Shown here: positions 13,687 through 27,274 of the stretch, piece after piece
How the letters are laid out: every line of letters starts with the position of its first letter
How positions within the stretch are numbered: position 1 is the first letter of the stretch
Source of the DNA: Octopus vulgaris
Taxonomy: Eukaryota
Reading direction: 5' to 3'
Length of the DNA: 64,000 nucleotides
Assembly (NCBI GenBank): GCA_951406725.2
Contig: OX597814.1
Coordinates: forward strand, 29,202,001 to 29,266,000
Notes under the pieces: model-generated
Told to the model about the DNA's origin: nothing
Databases searched by the model: none
Seen by the model: only the letters and a program-made list of their open reading frames with translations
Made by a program: the position numbers and the translations under genes

Positions 13687-14220
13687 GGCTATCGTGCTGA
13701 TCTTTAACTATGATATACTTTGAACGCGCGCACACACGCACGCACGCACACGCACACACACATGCACGCACACACGCACACACAAGTGATATTCCTACTG
13801 AAACGCATTCAATTTCTCTACAACACTCTACACCAAATCCTCGGTTAGCTTCTCACACACGGTCTTTATACTTATTCACATAACCACTCACAGACACTGA
13901 CATTGCCACATACACGCGTAAGCCACTCAGTTTTCACATTTACATATATATCCTACGAAACACCTCGTAAGCACAATCCTCTTCACACGCCTACTACCAA
14001 GCGAACACATCCTGATGCATGCCTGATGCATGCACTTATACACCTACTTTCATCTCCATTTCAGACTCAGTCTCGTGGGGCGGATTTCCCATTAGTTTAT
14101 GGCCATTTATTTTTTCTTATTGTTTTTACCTAAAATGAATATTATCATTTTTTTTCTTTCCTTTATACCATTTTTCTCTTTCTTTCCCTTTGTCTATTTT
14201 TGTTTCCTTACAGCTCATTT

Positions 14221-14258
14221 TGTGGCTGAAGAAGGACTGATGTCCGAAACGTCGACAC
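14221..14258 (+). ncRNA. Hammerhead motif, core intact but stem I disrupted
   Basis: CTGAAGA A GGAC-tgat-GTCC GAAAC GTC. The flanks tgtgg/gacac pair poorly. Confidence 0.6.
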
Positions 14259-14577
14259 CGCTTTATTTCCATTTCAACTGTTAAACTTACGATATTCTGT
14301 TCTCTGTTGTATTTTTAACTACTTTTCATTTCACATTACATGTTTGTACGTGTGTATATGTGCGTTTAACATTAAATCGCAGTATATTTACATACATATA
14401 TAATATTAAGTAGACATACCTTCAAACATATATAACGTATATACATATTACATTTATATATACATACATGCATATACATATAAATACACACACTCACTCT
14501 ATCGCTTTATCAAGGTGTCTGTCTGTCTAGTTTTCTCACTTTTCCCCTTTTCTCTCTCCATTTCTCTCCCTCTCTCC

Positions 14578-14616
<39 letters not shown>

Positions 14617-15315
14617 TCTCTCTCTCTGACACACGCACACACACACTCTCTCTATTTCTCTCTCTCTTTCTTTTTCTCACTTTCTTTCTCGCTCTGTCTT
14701 TCTTTCCCCCCCGTTCCATCCTCCTCTCCTCTCACTCACTCCAATCTTTATCTGCGTCTGGCAGTCTCGATGTCTCTGCCTGTATCTTTTAGACTGCGTG
14801 TTTCCGTGTCTGGTGTACAGTCCCTCTCTTCCTCCGCTCTACCCAACACTTACGACATCCTCCACCACCCGCACCTCTCTTTCTCCAGCCTCGTCATAGA
14901 CACAAATGCTGTAAAAAAGTTTTAAGATTTATTCATCTCAGATATTATATGGAGCGTGAAAAGAAACAGAAACTAGATCACAACTAGATCTCTGGTGCCT
15001 CACAAACATACACTCACACATATATGTGCATGCATGCATGCATACATACATACATACATACATACATACATACAAACATACATACGTACGTACATACATA
15101 CATACATACATACATACATACATACATACATACACGCACACACATATAGATACATATGCTTATATATATATATGTATTTGTATATTATACATACATGTGT
15201 ATGTGTACTCATACATGAGTGTGTGCATATATATGTTGTATGTATGTATGTATGTATGTATGTATGTATGTATGTATGTATGTATGTATGTATATGCATA
15301 TATGTTGTATGCATG

Positions 15316-15359
<44 letters not shown>

Positions 15360-15770
15360 CTATGTGTGTATGTGCGTATGTATGCATGCATTTATATATG
15401 AGTGTGTGTATGTGTGTTTATGCATATGTGTATAGGGCGTAGCTATAAGTATATATTGTATGTATTCCTAGAGTGAGAAAGTATAACATGTACTTATATG
15501 TATATACACATTTTCTCTTTCCACTTCCCTTTCCCAGTATATCTATATAGAAATATATGCATGTGTGTATGTACCTGTGTGTGTGTGTGTGTATGTGTGC
15601 AAATAGATAGATAGATAGATGAGTATGTATGTAGGTAGGTATATATAAATACGTGTGTGTGTGTGTGTGTGTAGTGTCTATATTTTAGAATGTATGCATT
15701 CCTCATATTCAGGATTTTAGCTGGTCTTCTTGCCAGTGGTCAGTCACATGAGAGCCACTACTATCACCAT

Positions 15771-15842
<72 letters not shown>

Positions 15843-15853
15843 CACTACTGCTG

Positions 15854-15914
<61 letters not shown>

Positions 15915-16083
15915 CATCACTACTTACTACCTATATTAATATCCTGAATAAAATAAGCTAAAATTATTAGAATAAGTACATTGTTGTTTTACACGCGCGC
16001 ACACACATACACACACGCGTGTATATATGTTTTTGTGCATGCAGGCAGACAGTCAGATAGACAGGCTGGCAGACATACAGACT

Positions 16084-16117
<34 letters not shown>

Positions 16118-16166
16118 TAGATAGAGAGAAAGAGTGAGATAGATAGATAGATAGATAGATAGATAT

Positions 16167-16268
<102 letters not shown>

Positions 16269-16689
16269 TGAGAGAGACATAGAGACGGACAGACAGCGAC
16301 AGAGGAGAAGAGATATATAGGCATATATATTCCAGTGTTAATATAAATGTCTAAGTCTATACACAAAATGTATATGCATATACATATAGATACACAGACT
16401 TGTATGTAGTAGCAATTACTTTGAAGTTTACATCAACAGTTTACAAAACGATTTCTACTTTAACAAAGGTACGCGGCGTAAAATCATGGTTTATCATAAT
16501 AGTCACAATAAGAGCTTCACATCCAGCTGTTTGTGTATGAGGAAAGGTTGTTTGTATGCAAGTTATGTATATGCGCTATGGTCGCAGCATGACATGATGC
16601 AATGCCAGATTTAAGGCATGGGCTTTAAGGGCAGTTGTCTGTACTTTCGTCTACTGATGAGCCTCCATTTTGGATAAACACTTTCTCTT

Positions 16690-16900
16690 TTACTCTTCTA
16701 CTCTTGTATTTGCTTTACTCATTTGATTGCGACCATGCTGAAGCGCCGCCTTTGGTCGAGCAAATCAACCCCAGGACTTATTCTTTGAGCGCCTAGTACT
16801 TATTCTATCGGTCTCTTTTGCCGAAACGCTATGTTACGGGGACGTAAACACACCAGCATCGGTTGTCAAGCGATGATGGGAGGACAAACACAAACATATA
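16690..16900 (-). mobile_element. SINE family B 3' half
   Basis: Reverse complement of cgcttgacaaccgatgctggtg...tail. Confidence 0.85.
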
Positions 16901-16958
16901 CATATACATGCCAATTCCTCCGTCTACGCTTGCTCTGCAGTGACGACTATAACTTTGG

Positions 16959-17020
<62 letters not shown>

Positions 17021-17066
17021 TACAGGCAGACAGACAGACACCATTACACATTTAGATAGATAGATC

Positions 17067-17108
<42 letters not shown>

Positions 17109-17150
17109 CAGACAGACATACAGGCAGACAGACAGACACCATTACACATT

Positions 17151-17198
<48 letters not shown>

Positions 17199-17293
17199 AA
17201 GATAGATAGACAGTCCAGCAGTCCGATGATGGCTTAACTGACAGACTTCGAAGTCAGTGTCATTACTATTCTTATTAAAAAATTACATATACA

Positions 17294-18451
17294 CAGACAT
17301 GCAGGAAGTTAATAGCCACCTTTGATTTTCAAAATCATTCATTTAATACGCAAAGCGTACAATCGAAATGTAATCGATAGGTAGGATTACATACTTTAGT
17401 ATTTAGTTGATATTCCCTTTGCAGTTTTTATTTCAGAATCTCTTTTTGGCATTGAACTGACGAGCTTTGTTATTGTCTCTTGTGGAATTTCTGCCTACTT
17501 TTCAAGTAGCAGTCGAAATATTTCATCTTTAGATTTAAGTTTCTGTCGAGTTTTTCGTATAGCTCTATCTAGTATGCTCCAAAGATTTCCATTTGGGTTC
17601 ATGTCAGGAGATTGGCTCGGCCAAGGAAGGTTTTTGATCCCATTTTCTGTTAACCATTGTTGATTCCTTTTCGCTGTGTGCATGGATCCCCATCTTCCAT
17701 AAAAACCCATTTTCCGTTATGTTATCGTGTGAATGCATCGGAAATAGTGCTTGCTTAAGTATTTCGATGTATTTTTCAGAGTTTATGCTTCTAACACGTT
17801 CGGTCAAATGCTTGATTGGGAAGCCTCCAGACCCAAACACGTCCACTGTCTGAAAATAATGCAAATCTAGATTCATCTGAGAAAATCACTCTATCCCAAA
17901 ATGAACTGGATTTTCATGACATTTCCTTAGCCCATTTCTTTCTTTTCGTGATATTAATTGGTTGAAGGAGAGGTTTTCTTCTAGCTGCTCGTCCATAATA
18001 CCCAAGCTTATGCAGATATGTAACACACGTTCTTGTACTAACTTCTAGCTGTTTTGCAATGTCAGAAGCCTTCAAACGGGGTTGTTTTCCACAATTCTCT
18101 TCAAACAGCGAAGCTTCCTTTCCGAGGACCCAGGTCGGCTGGGACGAGAATCTGTTGATTCTTTTCCTTGGCTTTTGAATTGCACTATAATTCTATTAAC
18201 AGTAGCAAGAGGAATTTGAAGATTTTCGGCAATTTTTCGCTGGCTAAAACCAGCCTCAGATTGTCCAACAATACGAACTCTTTGAAAATCTGACAGTTCT
18301 GCTGAATTTTTTGTGCAAATGTTTAATATAATGGCACCTGGAATGAAAAAGAAAAATTACATTCTAAATTCTACACCGCTGAAAACATATTACGACGCTT
18401 AGATCAGAAATTTCGAAAATTAAAGGTGTCTATTTACTTCTTGCATGTCTG
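17294..18451 (-). mobile_element. Near full-length Tc1 transposon with disrupted transposase (about 18310 to 17396)
   Basis: TIRs of about 42 bp (cagacatgcaggaagttaatagccacc / ggtgtctatttacttcttgcatgtctg). Protein motifs [44 protein letters not shown] and KGISTKY*, with frameshifts and stops. Confidence 0.95.
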
Positions 18452-18455
18452 TGTG

Positions 18456-18511
<56 letters not shown>

Positions 18512-19073
18512 TCTATAAATCAGTTTGTATGTTTATATTATCTAACGCATACATTTCCACCATTCTCAACCGACCTTCACCAAACTTTACACACACATTA
18601 CTTATGTGCCAAGGATGGCAATGCACTATCACATTTTGCCCAGAGCTCCCGCGTAAATGGACAAACTGGGGAAAACGGTGGTTTACACGGGTTTTTCTTT
18701 AATTCGTTGCATGTACATAGTGTTTTTTGCATGTAGGGTCTTCCATACTTTTTTAATCTCTATGGTCGTATATTGCCATTAGAGAATACTTTTTAGTGGT
18801 TTTTCACATTTTTATCTATTTATTTATATGTTGTCACTCTGTATTATTTTAATATTTTTTTTATGTGTATTGGTGTAACAATATTTGAGGGTTTTGGTTA
18901 GAAAATATTATAAAAGTGAAAGGATTTTATTTACTTATTTCGATTGTTTTCCATCCTTTTTAAATTTGTATGGTTGCATATTTGTATTACAGAATATGTT
19001 TTAGTTATTTTCATTTTTGTATTTATTATTTATTTATATGTTAAACTGTCCGAAAGACGGGTGCGTTTGCTAG
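18512..19073 (+). mobile_element. Non-autonomous Helitron-like element
   Basis: Starts A|TC, ends CTAG|T after the short hairpin tccg-aaaga-cggg. No TSD. Carries an internal ~210-bp-spaced duplication. Confidence 0.65.
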
Positions 19074-19102
19074 TATAGATATATTTGTTAAAGAATTTTA
19101 TA

Positions 19103-19136
<34 letters not shown>

Positions 19137-19137
<1 letters not shown>

Positions 19138-19286
19138 CAAAACTGTCCGACGAACGGAAACATGAAACTCCGAGTAACAGGTTTTCTTGAATTTCTGCTG
19201 CTTTTAAATAAAGCATATTACTCTACCTCTGGTATTTGAGTACTCTTTTTACCACCTTGTTTCACATCTATGTGCTTACTCCGGTA
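19137..19286 (+). mobile_element. Short TA-embedded element with CCGACGA-core hammerhead motif (19143-19180)
   Basis: CTGT CCGACGA ACG-GAAA-CAT GAAA CTC-c-GAG TA ACAG. Homologous copies at 33261-33345 and 57431-57580. Confidence 0.7.
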
Positions 19287-19325
19287 TATATATATATATA
19301 TGTGTATTTGTTAAAGAATTTTACA

Positions 19326-19377
<52 letters not shown>

Positions 19378-19439
19378 GTTTAAATATTTGTTGTGCAAGA
19401 TTTATTGGCTAAACTGGCAATATGACCATTCCGAAATAT

Positions 19440-19485
<46 letters not shown>

Positions 19486-19871
19486 TGTATGAAAGAAGTC
19501 GTATATATATGTGTGTGTATATATTGATGTGTGTATGTGTTTATGCCTCGCCATCGCTTGGCAACCGATGCTGGTGTGTTTTCGGCTAAAACCTTTTAAG
19601 GTGGTGCCGCAGTCAAATGACTGAATCAGCTAAAAGAATAAAAGAATATATATGTATACGAAGAGTAAATAGAAATAACTTATCCAGGTGAATACCATAA
19701 GAGCTCTTAGTTATAGTCCAGGTTCCGGTTAACCACATCAAGCAGTAAGAAGCATCATGTATCACATACGGTGAGCAATGCAACTATAAGCCTTCTGATG
19801 GGTAAATCCAAGTTCGCTTCTCCGGATAATGAATACTTTCGGGAATGTAAATCCAAAACAATTACTACAGA

Positions 19872-20019
19872 GATCATGGAGACTGGTACATCTTCAAATT
19901 ATTCCTTTAATTTAAGAGTTAATTATACAGCATAATTAGTTAGTTAACTAACCCATTATGATGCATGATTAACTGTTAAATTAAAAGAATAATTTGAAGA
20001 TGCGCCAGTCTCTGTGATC
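19872..20019. repeat. Imperfect ~150-bp palindrome (foldback)
   Basis: Arms gagactggtacatcttcaaattattc... and ...gaataatttgaagatgcgccagtctc are centred on gttagttaactaac. Confidence 0.85.
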
Positions 20020-20035
20020 GTTGAAATTGCTTTTC

Positions 20036-20092
<57 letters not shown>

Positions 20093-20101
20093 TACATATA
20101 T

Positions 20102-20147
<46 letters not shown>

Positions 20148-20149
20148 TA

Positions 20150-20235
<86 letters not shown>

Positions 20236-20462
20236 CATACATACATACATATATATATTTATACATACAGAGCCTCTCGCAGTCTCACACATATGCACAC
20301 GTACACGCACACACACATACACACATACACACATACACACATACACACGTAAATACACGGAACACTCGTCATTCCACACAACACATACACAGGCTCACAT
20401 AATTTTAAGCTTGCCCACACATACATCCACACGGCTCTCATCCCCATTCACACATACATACA

Positions 20463-20510
<48 letters not shown>

Positions 20511-20647
20511 ATTCTTACGTACACACATGCGCTTCCGCACCCTAGTTCAGCAGCATCATTGTCACTGTTTCCCCATCACTTAGCCACTTTCTTCCCGTCA
20601 TTTCATCACGTTAAACAATTAATGCCGACACATTTCCTCACACATCC

Positions 20648-20745
20648 TTTTCTGTCGAAAAGTGTAGACTCGAAACGTCAAAGACTTTTCCATTCTTCCC
20701 TAGCGTCAAGCTAATACACCTGTTTTATGTTCTCTCACCTGTCTG
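20648..20745 (+). mobile_element. Degenerate copy of the CTGTCGA-core HHR element
   Basis: ttt CTGTCGA A AAGT-gtag-ACTC GAAAC GTC aaag, followed by a tail similar to 26057-26120. Confidence 0.6.
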
Positions 20746-20752
20746 TTGTTTT

Positions 20753-20954
20753 TTGGCAGGGCTTACTGCTAGGAAGTCAGCCGTATGCTAGAAACAGATC
20801 ATCAACGATTTTTATATAAATTTTCATCTGTCCTGCCCGCCAAATTTGGTTCTGGTGTTCGCTGAATTTTTCTTCTAGAGAATTTCCTTGTAGTTTGACC
20901 GTTGATGATCTGTTTCTAGCATACGGCCGACTTCCTAGCAGTAAGCCCTGCCAA
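20753..20954. mobile_element. MITE with 55-bp terminal inverted repeats
   Basis: 20753-20807 and 20900-20954 are reverse complements with one mismatch. Confidence 0.88.
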
Positions 20955-21055
20955 TATACACATATATTAGAATTTTCTCTGACTTCTCAGATTTTTTGTA
21001 TGCTGGACTACTGGTTTTAAATTGATATTAAAATTAATATTAATTTATCTCCCTC

Positions 21056-21122
<67 letters not shown>

Positions 21123-21125
<3 letters not shown>

Positions 21126-21359
21126 AAAAAATAATAATAGTATTTTTATAAACTTAAAGCTTATAAGCGATCATTGCGTAATAACTAAAGAAAATAGTCA
21201 AATAATGGGGTATATAAGCCCTCAACAGAAAAAAAAGAGTAGGTTTCTTCCGCAGGTTCTCTGAGGAGGGCTTATATGCCCCATTATTAGACTATTTTCT
21301 TTAGTCATTACGCAGTGATCGCTCATAAGGTTTAGGCTTATAAAATATTATTATTTACA
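21123..21359. mobile_element. Foldback/MITE-like element with ~100-bp inverted arms in (TA)n
   Basis: taagcgatcattgcgtaataactaaagaaaatagtc...agccctc pairs with gagggcttatatgcccc...gactattttctttagtcattacgcagtgatcgctca. Confidence 0.8.
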
Positions 21360-21397
21360 GAATTGTGAAAATCGACACTGCGTAACAAAACCATTCG

Positions 21398-21536
<139 letters not shown>

Positions 21537-21577
21537 TGCATATATACATATGTATATGTACATACTTACATCTATAC

Positions 21578-21626
<49 letters not shown>

Positions 21627-21829
21627 TATTCATGCATATATATATATGATTTTGATTTTTGATTTTTCCAGTTTCAGCTAATGAGCTGTGGCCATGCTGG
21701 GGCACCGCCATATATATATAATATATGCATATATATACATACATACACACACAAACACACACACACACATGCACACATGTATATACATTAATTCCAGCAG
21801 TTTTTAGCCATTTCAGCCATTTATTGATT

Positions 21830-22320
21830 TCAAAGTCCCTTCTAATTAGCAAAGTAGAATCCTTTGACTTCACTGCACTTGTGACGCTTGAGCCACTTCG
21901 TGAACTCCCTCTGAAAGTCCCCTGACGCAAAGGTGTCCAGAAACCCTTGTCACAGTCTCCTTCGTCACTAAAACGACTGCCCGTGAGTTTATACTTCAGA
22001 TTATTGGGGCACAACCAAAATTCACTGGGAGCAAGGATTGGACTGTAGGGAACGTGAAGTATACGTTTGATACTCATTGCTGTCAAGTAGTCGGTTCCCA
22101 GGATGACCATCACTGATCACCCTGGGAACAAGCTTTGCAAAACTTTTTGCACATGTTCAAATCTTCATGAAGAATTCTGGGTATTGTTGCCACACCAACT
22201 CCAAACAGTATGTTTTTTGTTTTTATACATCCAGAAAATTGCTTATTTCCTGATGTTCAGAAGTCCTGCTCCCGGCCACATAACTCATCGTCTCTCACTT
22301 CCTCTCTACTGGCTTTCAGC
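21830..22320 (-). mobile_element. Degenerate mariner transposase remnant
   Basis: HVPYSPILAPSEFWLCP (mariner YSPDLAPCDFWLFP motif), with upstream AKLVPRVIS (WVP linker). Confidence 0.8.
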
Positions 22321-22360
22321 CTTTTGTGCCAATGAGAAATTTAATCCCAAAGAAGTCTGG

Positions 22361-22559
22361 AAGCAGGAGTGGCTGTGTGGTAAGTAGCTTGCTTACCAAC
22401 CACATGGTTCCGGGTTCTGTCCCACTGCGTGGCACCTTGGCCAAGTGTCTTCTACTATAGCCTCGGGCCGACCAAAGTCTTGTGAGTGGATTTGGTAGTC
22501 GGAAACTGAAAGAAGCCCGTCGTCGTCCAATAATACTATACTTGTTCCACGTCCTCACG

Positions 22560-22610
<51 letters not shown>

Positions 22611-22897
22611 CATGTATGTATGTATGTATGTATGTATGTATGTATGTATGTATGTATGTATGTGTGTGTGTGTATATGTTTGTGTGTCTATGTTTGTCCC
22701 CCAACATCGCCTGACAACCGATGCTGGTGTGTTTACGTCCCCGTAACTTAGCAGTTCGACAAAAGAGACCGGTAGAATAAGTACTAGGCTTACAAAGAAT
22801 AAGTCCTAGGGTCGATTTGCTCGACTAAAGGCGGTGCTCCAGCATGGCCGCAGTCAAATGACTGAAACAAATAAAAGCGTAAAAGAGAGTAAAGAGT
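22361..22897 (+). mobile_element. Full-length SINE family B carrying a 37-bp fragment of the 25.7-kb HHR element
   Basis: Canonical head and tail. The insert cgtccaataatactatacttgttccacgtcctc at about 22524 matches about 25791. Confidence 0.9.
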
Positions 22898-23990
22898 ATG
22901 GACAAAACGTGGCTCACCATTTAGTCCGGAATGCTAACAATTCTGCTTGCTAACCACTTTGTATGACTAAAGGCGATGCTCCATCATGGCCGCAGTCAAA
23001 TGAGTGAAACAAGTGAAAGAGAGTAAAGAATAAGCATTTCATAAGTTTCCATGACGTTTTTGTCCCGTTCAACGCAAAACCTGATTGCATAGGGAGTTTT
23101 CTAGTTGTCTTCATATCGCAGCACATTCTGCAAACTAATCAGTTGTGACAAGCAGTGTTTAGTAAAATGCGTGTTGAAAGTGGTGTTGCAACCGTCCCCT
23201 TCAATCAGGAATAACAAAGGTTGGTAGGTCAGCTTATTGGACGTATAGTAATGATATGATAACATCAATAATCTGCCTCTCCTAAAAAAAATGTTTCAAA
23301 ATTTCTGGACTGCACCGCGCGCGTGTGTGTGTGTGTATGTGTGTGTGTGCGTGTGTGTCTGCGAGTGTGTGTGTGTGCGCTCGCGCGTGCTTGTGTCTGC
23401 GTGTGTGTGTGCGCGCGTTTGTGTGTGTGTGTGTATATGCGCGAGCGTGTGTGTGTGAGTGTGTGTGCGCGCGCGCGTAAGTGTGTATGCGTGTGTGCGA
23501 ATGCATGTGTGTGTATGTGTGTGCGCGTGTGTGTAGGTGTGTGTGTGTGCGTGTGTGCGTGCGCGCGCGTATGTGTGTTTGTGCGCGTGCGTGTGTATAT
23601 GCGTGTGCGTGTGTGTGTATGTGTGTGTGTGCGTGTGTGTATGTGTGTGTATGTAATAGCTGTGTGCATATGTGCAGGTATGACTGTGTCGTTAAAAAAA
23701 TCGCTTTGAAACCAAATAGTTTCGTGTTCAGTCACACTACGCGGGATTGTGAGGGAACTTTAGTAGACAGAATCTGTGTGGAAGACCGATATTAAGATAT
23801 GTGTATGTATTTGTGTTTGCTCCCCCTCCTATTTCTTGACAACTGCTTTTGGTTTGTTTACAGTCCCGTTATCTAGCGGTTCGGTAAAAGAGACCGATAA
23901 AATAAATATAACACAGACAAAAGAAATATAAGTAATGAGGTCGATTTGTTCGAGTAAAGCATTCACAGCGATGCCCCAGCAAAAGAGGTA

Positions 23991-24055
<65 letters not shown>

Positions 24056-24280
24056 GATGTATATATATATAATATATACATATATATGTATGTATGTATG
24101 TATGTTTGTATGTATGTATGTATGTATGTATGTATGTATGTATGTATGTGTGTGTGTGTGTATGTATGTATACATACGTACATACATATGCAACACAGGT
24201 AAAAATATACACCATTTCTAGAAGACAGAAATTGCCTAAAAGTAAAGCAAATCTACATAAAATCACGTGCGTCTGCGTAT

Positions 24281-24344
<64 letters not shown>

Positions 24345-24963
24345 CTGTGTGTATGTGAGTAATTGCGTGTGCATGTATTTGTGTGTATCATATTCTAGAT
24401 GAAGCTTTTGTACGGCAGGTGTTTTCCAGTGCCCATGTCAAATGTAATATATAGAAAATTAATTACGCTGACGTTAATGGTGACTCATTAAAGTACGGCC
24501 ATTTGTACATTGTAACATTGCACGCAATTCATCGCTGCATCCCTATATCAAGTGCATTAAATTTACCAGCAAGCATACGATCTCCTCATGCGCTCACTTC
24601 ACCTGATCTCATAATTACCCAATGCTGGCTCATTTTCAGTTTACATTAAAGAACAGAGGCTTTCTGTAATGTAATAATTTTGAAACATTCTTTTCCGGAA
24701 TTTCTCTTTCTTAATAAGGAAATGGAAGCAAAATTCTGCTGTATCAACTTGATTGTACTTACAACTATATATATATTTCAGGTTATGTCTATTGAATATA
24801 ACATCGATGTTTATTGCATTGATTTGAGTTTGTGGACTTCGTAATTTTAGTGTTTGCGAATGGTTATAATGTGTTTACTAACCACACCAATTTTACGCTT
24901 CAGATTTGTTAGCCTGTATTAGATTTCTCAAAGATAGTGTGTAATACTTCGGGTATCTCTCTC

Positions 24964-25000
<37 letters not shown>

Positions 25001-25689
25001 GGGGGAAAGAGGGAGAGAGAGAGGGGGGAGGAAGAGAAAGAGAGAGAGGGGTGAGGGAAAGAGGAAGAGAAAGAGGGAGAGAGAGACAGACAGAGAGACA
25101 GATAAATACATAAATAGATAGACAGACTGACAGACAGACCGTTAACAGAGAGATAGATAGATACGTACGTTCATATATGCATGCATACATACATACATAC
25201 ATACATACATACATACATACATACATACATACATACATACATACATGCATGCATACATGCAAACTTTAAAATAATTTGAATATGCTTAAAAGATGTTTGA
25301 CCCCGTAAAAGTCTTTCTACTGCAGTTTTTGTGGAGAATAAAATTCTCTCTTAAGAGAAAAAGGTGTCAAAAGTCCATAGTCTGCTGTTCAAGACGCTCT
25401 CTATTGGGCTGATGGTTGTATGCATTTCGAACTTTTAGTTCTCATCAGATACCAAAATAGTATGTATGTATTATCGAGCAAATATCATGACAATTTTGAC
25501 ACATTGCGATAATATTGCTTAATATGGCGATGTCAGCGACATAAGCTGCTCAGGGATAAAGGAACGGACAAGAAAGACGAACATGCAAAGTAAAAAGGAG
25601 ACGTGTAAAATAACAAGAAAAGACGAAGTCTCTAAACCGAACTGTAAATAGGACGTCTCGTGACTACGTGTGTACCGTTGACGATTTTT

Positions 25690-26125
25690 TTACCTCCGTC
25701 TTCCCTTCTCTGGATCTTTCCTTTTCCTATGTTTCTGACGAAGAGCTCCGCTCGAAACGTTAAACCCTCCTTCTTCCCTTTCTTCCTGAGCGTCCAATAA
25801 TACTATATTTGTTCCACGTCCTCGCGTTGTTGCGTTTTCTCTTTGTGTTTTCATGTTTGGATTAACTTCATATATATATATGTCACTTGAGCCTGTTATC
25901 TCCTCTACTTTCCCTCTCGCGTCTGACCACTGTCCGAAGTCAGGACGCCATGATAGATCGTTAGCTCCTACACGCATTTTTTTCTCTCCTTGTTTCTCTC
26001 CTTGTTTTTTGCTGTGTATCTTTCTGTCGAAGAGCGTAGGCTCGAAACGTAAAAGACTTTTTCTATTCCTGAGCGCTATACTAATACATTTGTTTGTTTG
26101 TACCTGCCTTCGTCTTTCCCTTTAA
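25690..26125 (+). mobile_element. Two tandem HHR-containing units (retrozyme/PLE-like)
   Basis: HHR1 at 25731-25765 is GTTT CTGACGA A GAGC-tcc-GCTC GAAAC GTT AAAC. HHR2 at 26019-26056 is TCTTT CTGTCGA A GAGC-gtag-GCTC GAAAC GTA AAAGA. Both are followed by related ttcctgagcg tails. Confidence 0.8.
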
Positions 26126-26432
26126 ATATATATATAACATTTAAACAATGAGGGAGATAAATTGAATATTAATTTAATTAATATCAATTTAAAACCAGTA
26201 GCCTAGCATATAAAAATCTAAAAAATCATAGAAAATTCCATACACATGTATATATATATATATACCAAGTAAGTTGGGTTTGTGGATCCAACCCACTAAG
26301 GGATAATACTTATCCAATATACTGTTGGTATAATACCCAAATTATTAATACACAAGTGTTTTTAATTGCAATGCAATAAACTTACTTATTGTATTAAATG
26401 GGTGAAGGTAAAGAAATATTTTACCATTAATT

Positions 26433-26628
26433 TATATTACAAATAAGAAAATGGAGAAACACATTAGTTGGTTTATCAGCTTTTGGATATTAGAATGTTG
26501 ACTTATTTATTTATCAAAACGACAACCATAATAACATACATATATACAGTATAAAATTCAATACATATAAGATAAGAATACAAATAGTTATTTTAAAAAA
26601 CTAATGTGTTTCTCCATTTTCATATTTG

Positions 26629-26635
<7 letters not shown>
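26433..26635. repeat. Inverted repeat with ~37-bp arms
   Basis: tattacaaataagaaaatggagaaacacattagtt pairs with aactaatgtgtttctccattttcatatttgtaata. Confidence 0.8.
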
Positions 26636-26680
<45 letters not shown>

Positions 26681-26685
<5 letters not shown>

Positions 26686-27172
26686 CTTCTAGCAATGTTC
26701 ACAGAACACCTCAATACAACAACAAAAAATTAATAAAGAGGCAACTTTCATTAATAAATATCTTCCACAACTCAATATGAACACATTACATAATACAGAA
26801 CACTACTAGCCTTTCAATTAATACCACTAACCCTCATACATCCCATACACCATTCACGTTACAGATCTATATCTATCCTAATTGCACCAAATCCAGAATT
26901 ACTTACCTCCCTTATACATAATCGTCTTACTCAGGGACTAGTAGACCTGACACCGTTCATTAATCGGTGTGCATTCAAAGCAATGATTAGTAAATTCACG
27001 AAACCGGTATGCTTTTCAATCTCTTTAGCAATTCACAATAATGACTTTTATTACTTTTATTCCTGCCTCTGTTCATCTAATTGTATATATCTATCGTTAC
27101 TTTTCATAAAAAGCCTTTACTTTTTTGATTTTCAATGTGCATTTTCGCTTATTTTTCTTCTTACTTTCCCCA
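26681..27172 (+). mobile_element. Penelope-like element 3' end: GIY-YIG C-terminus plus UTR with a dead HHR
   Basis: IPF*QCSQNTSIQQ / INKEATFINKYLPQLN resembles PLE ORF ends. At 26977-27015, AAAGCA ATGATTA GTAAATTCAC GAAA CCGG TA TGCTTT has a mutated core and a 6-bp stem I. Flanked by (TA)n. Confidence 0.65.
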
Positions 27173-27196
27173 TATATATATATATGTATATATATA

Positions 27197-27274
<78 letters not shown>

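Noticed and set aside
16650-16682. CTGATGAG hammerhead-like start
   Set aside because: No GAAA core or closing stem I follows.
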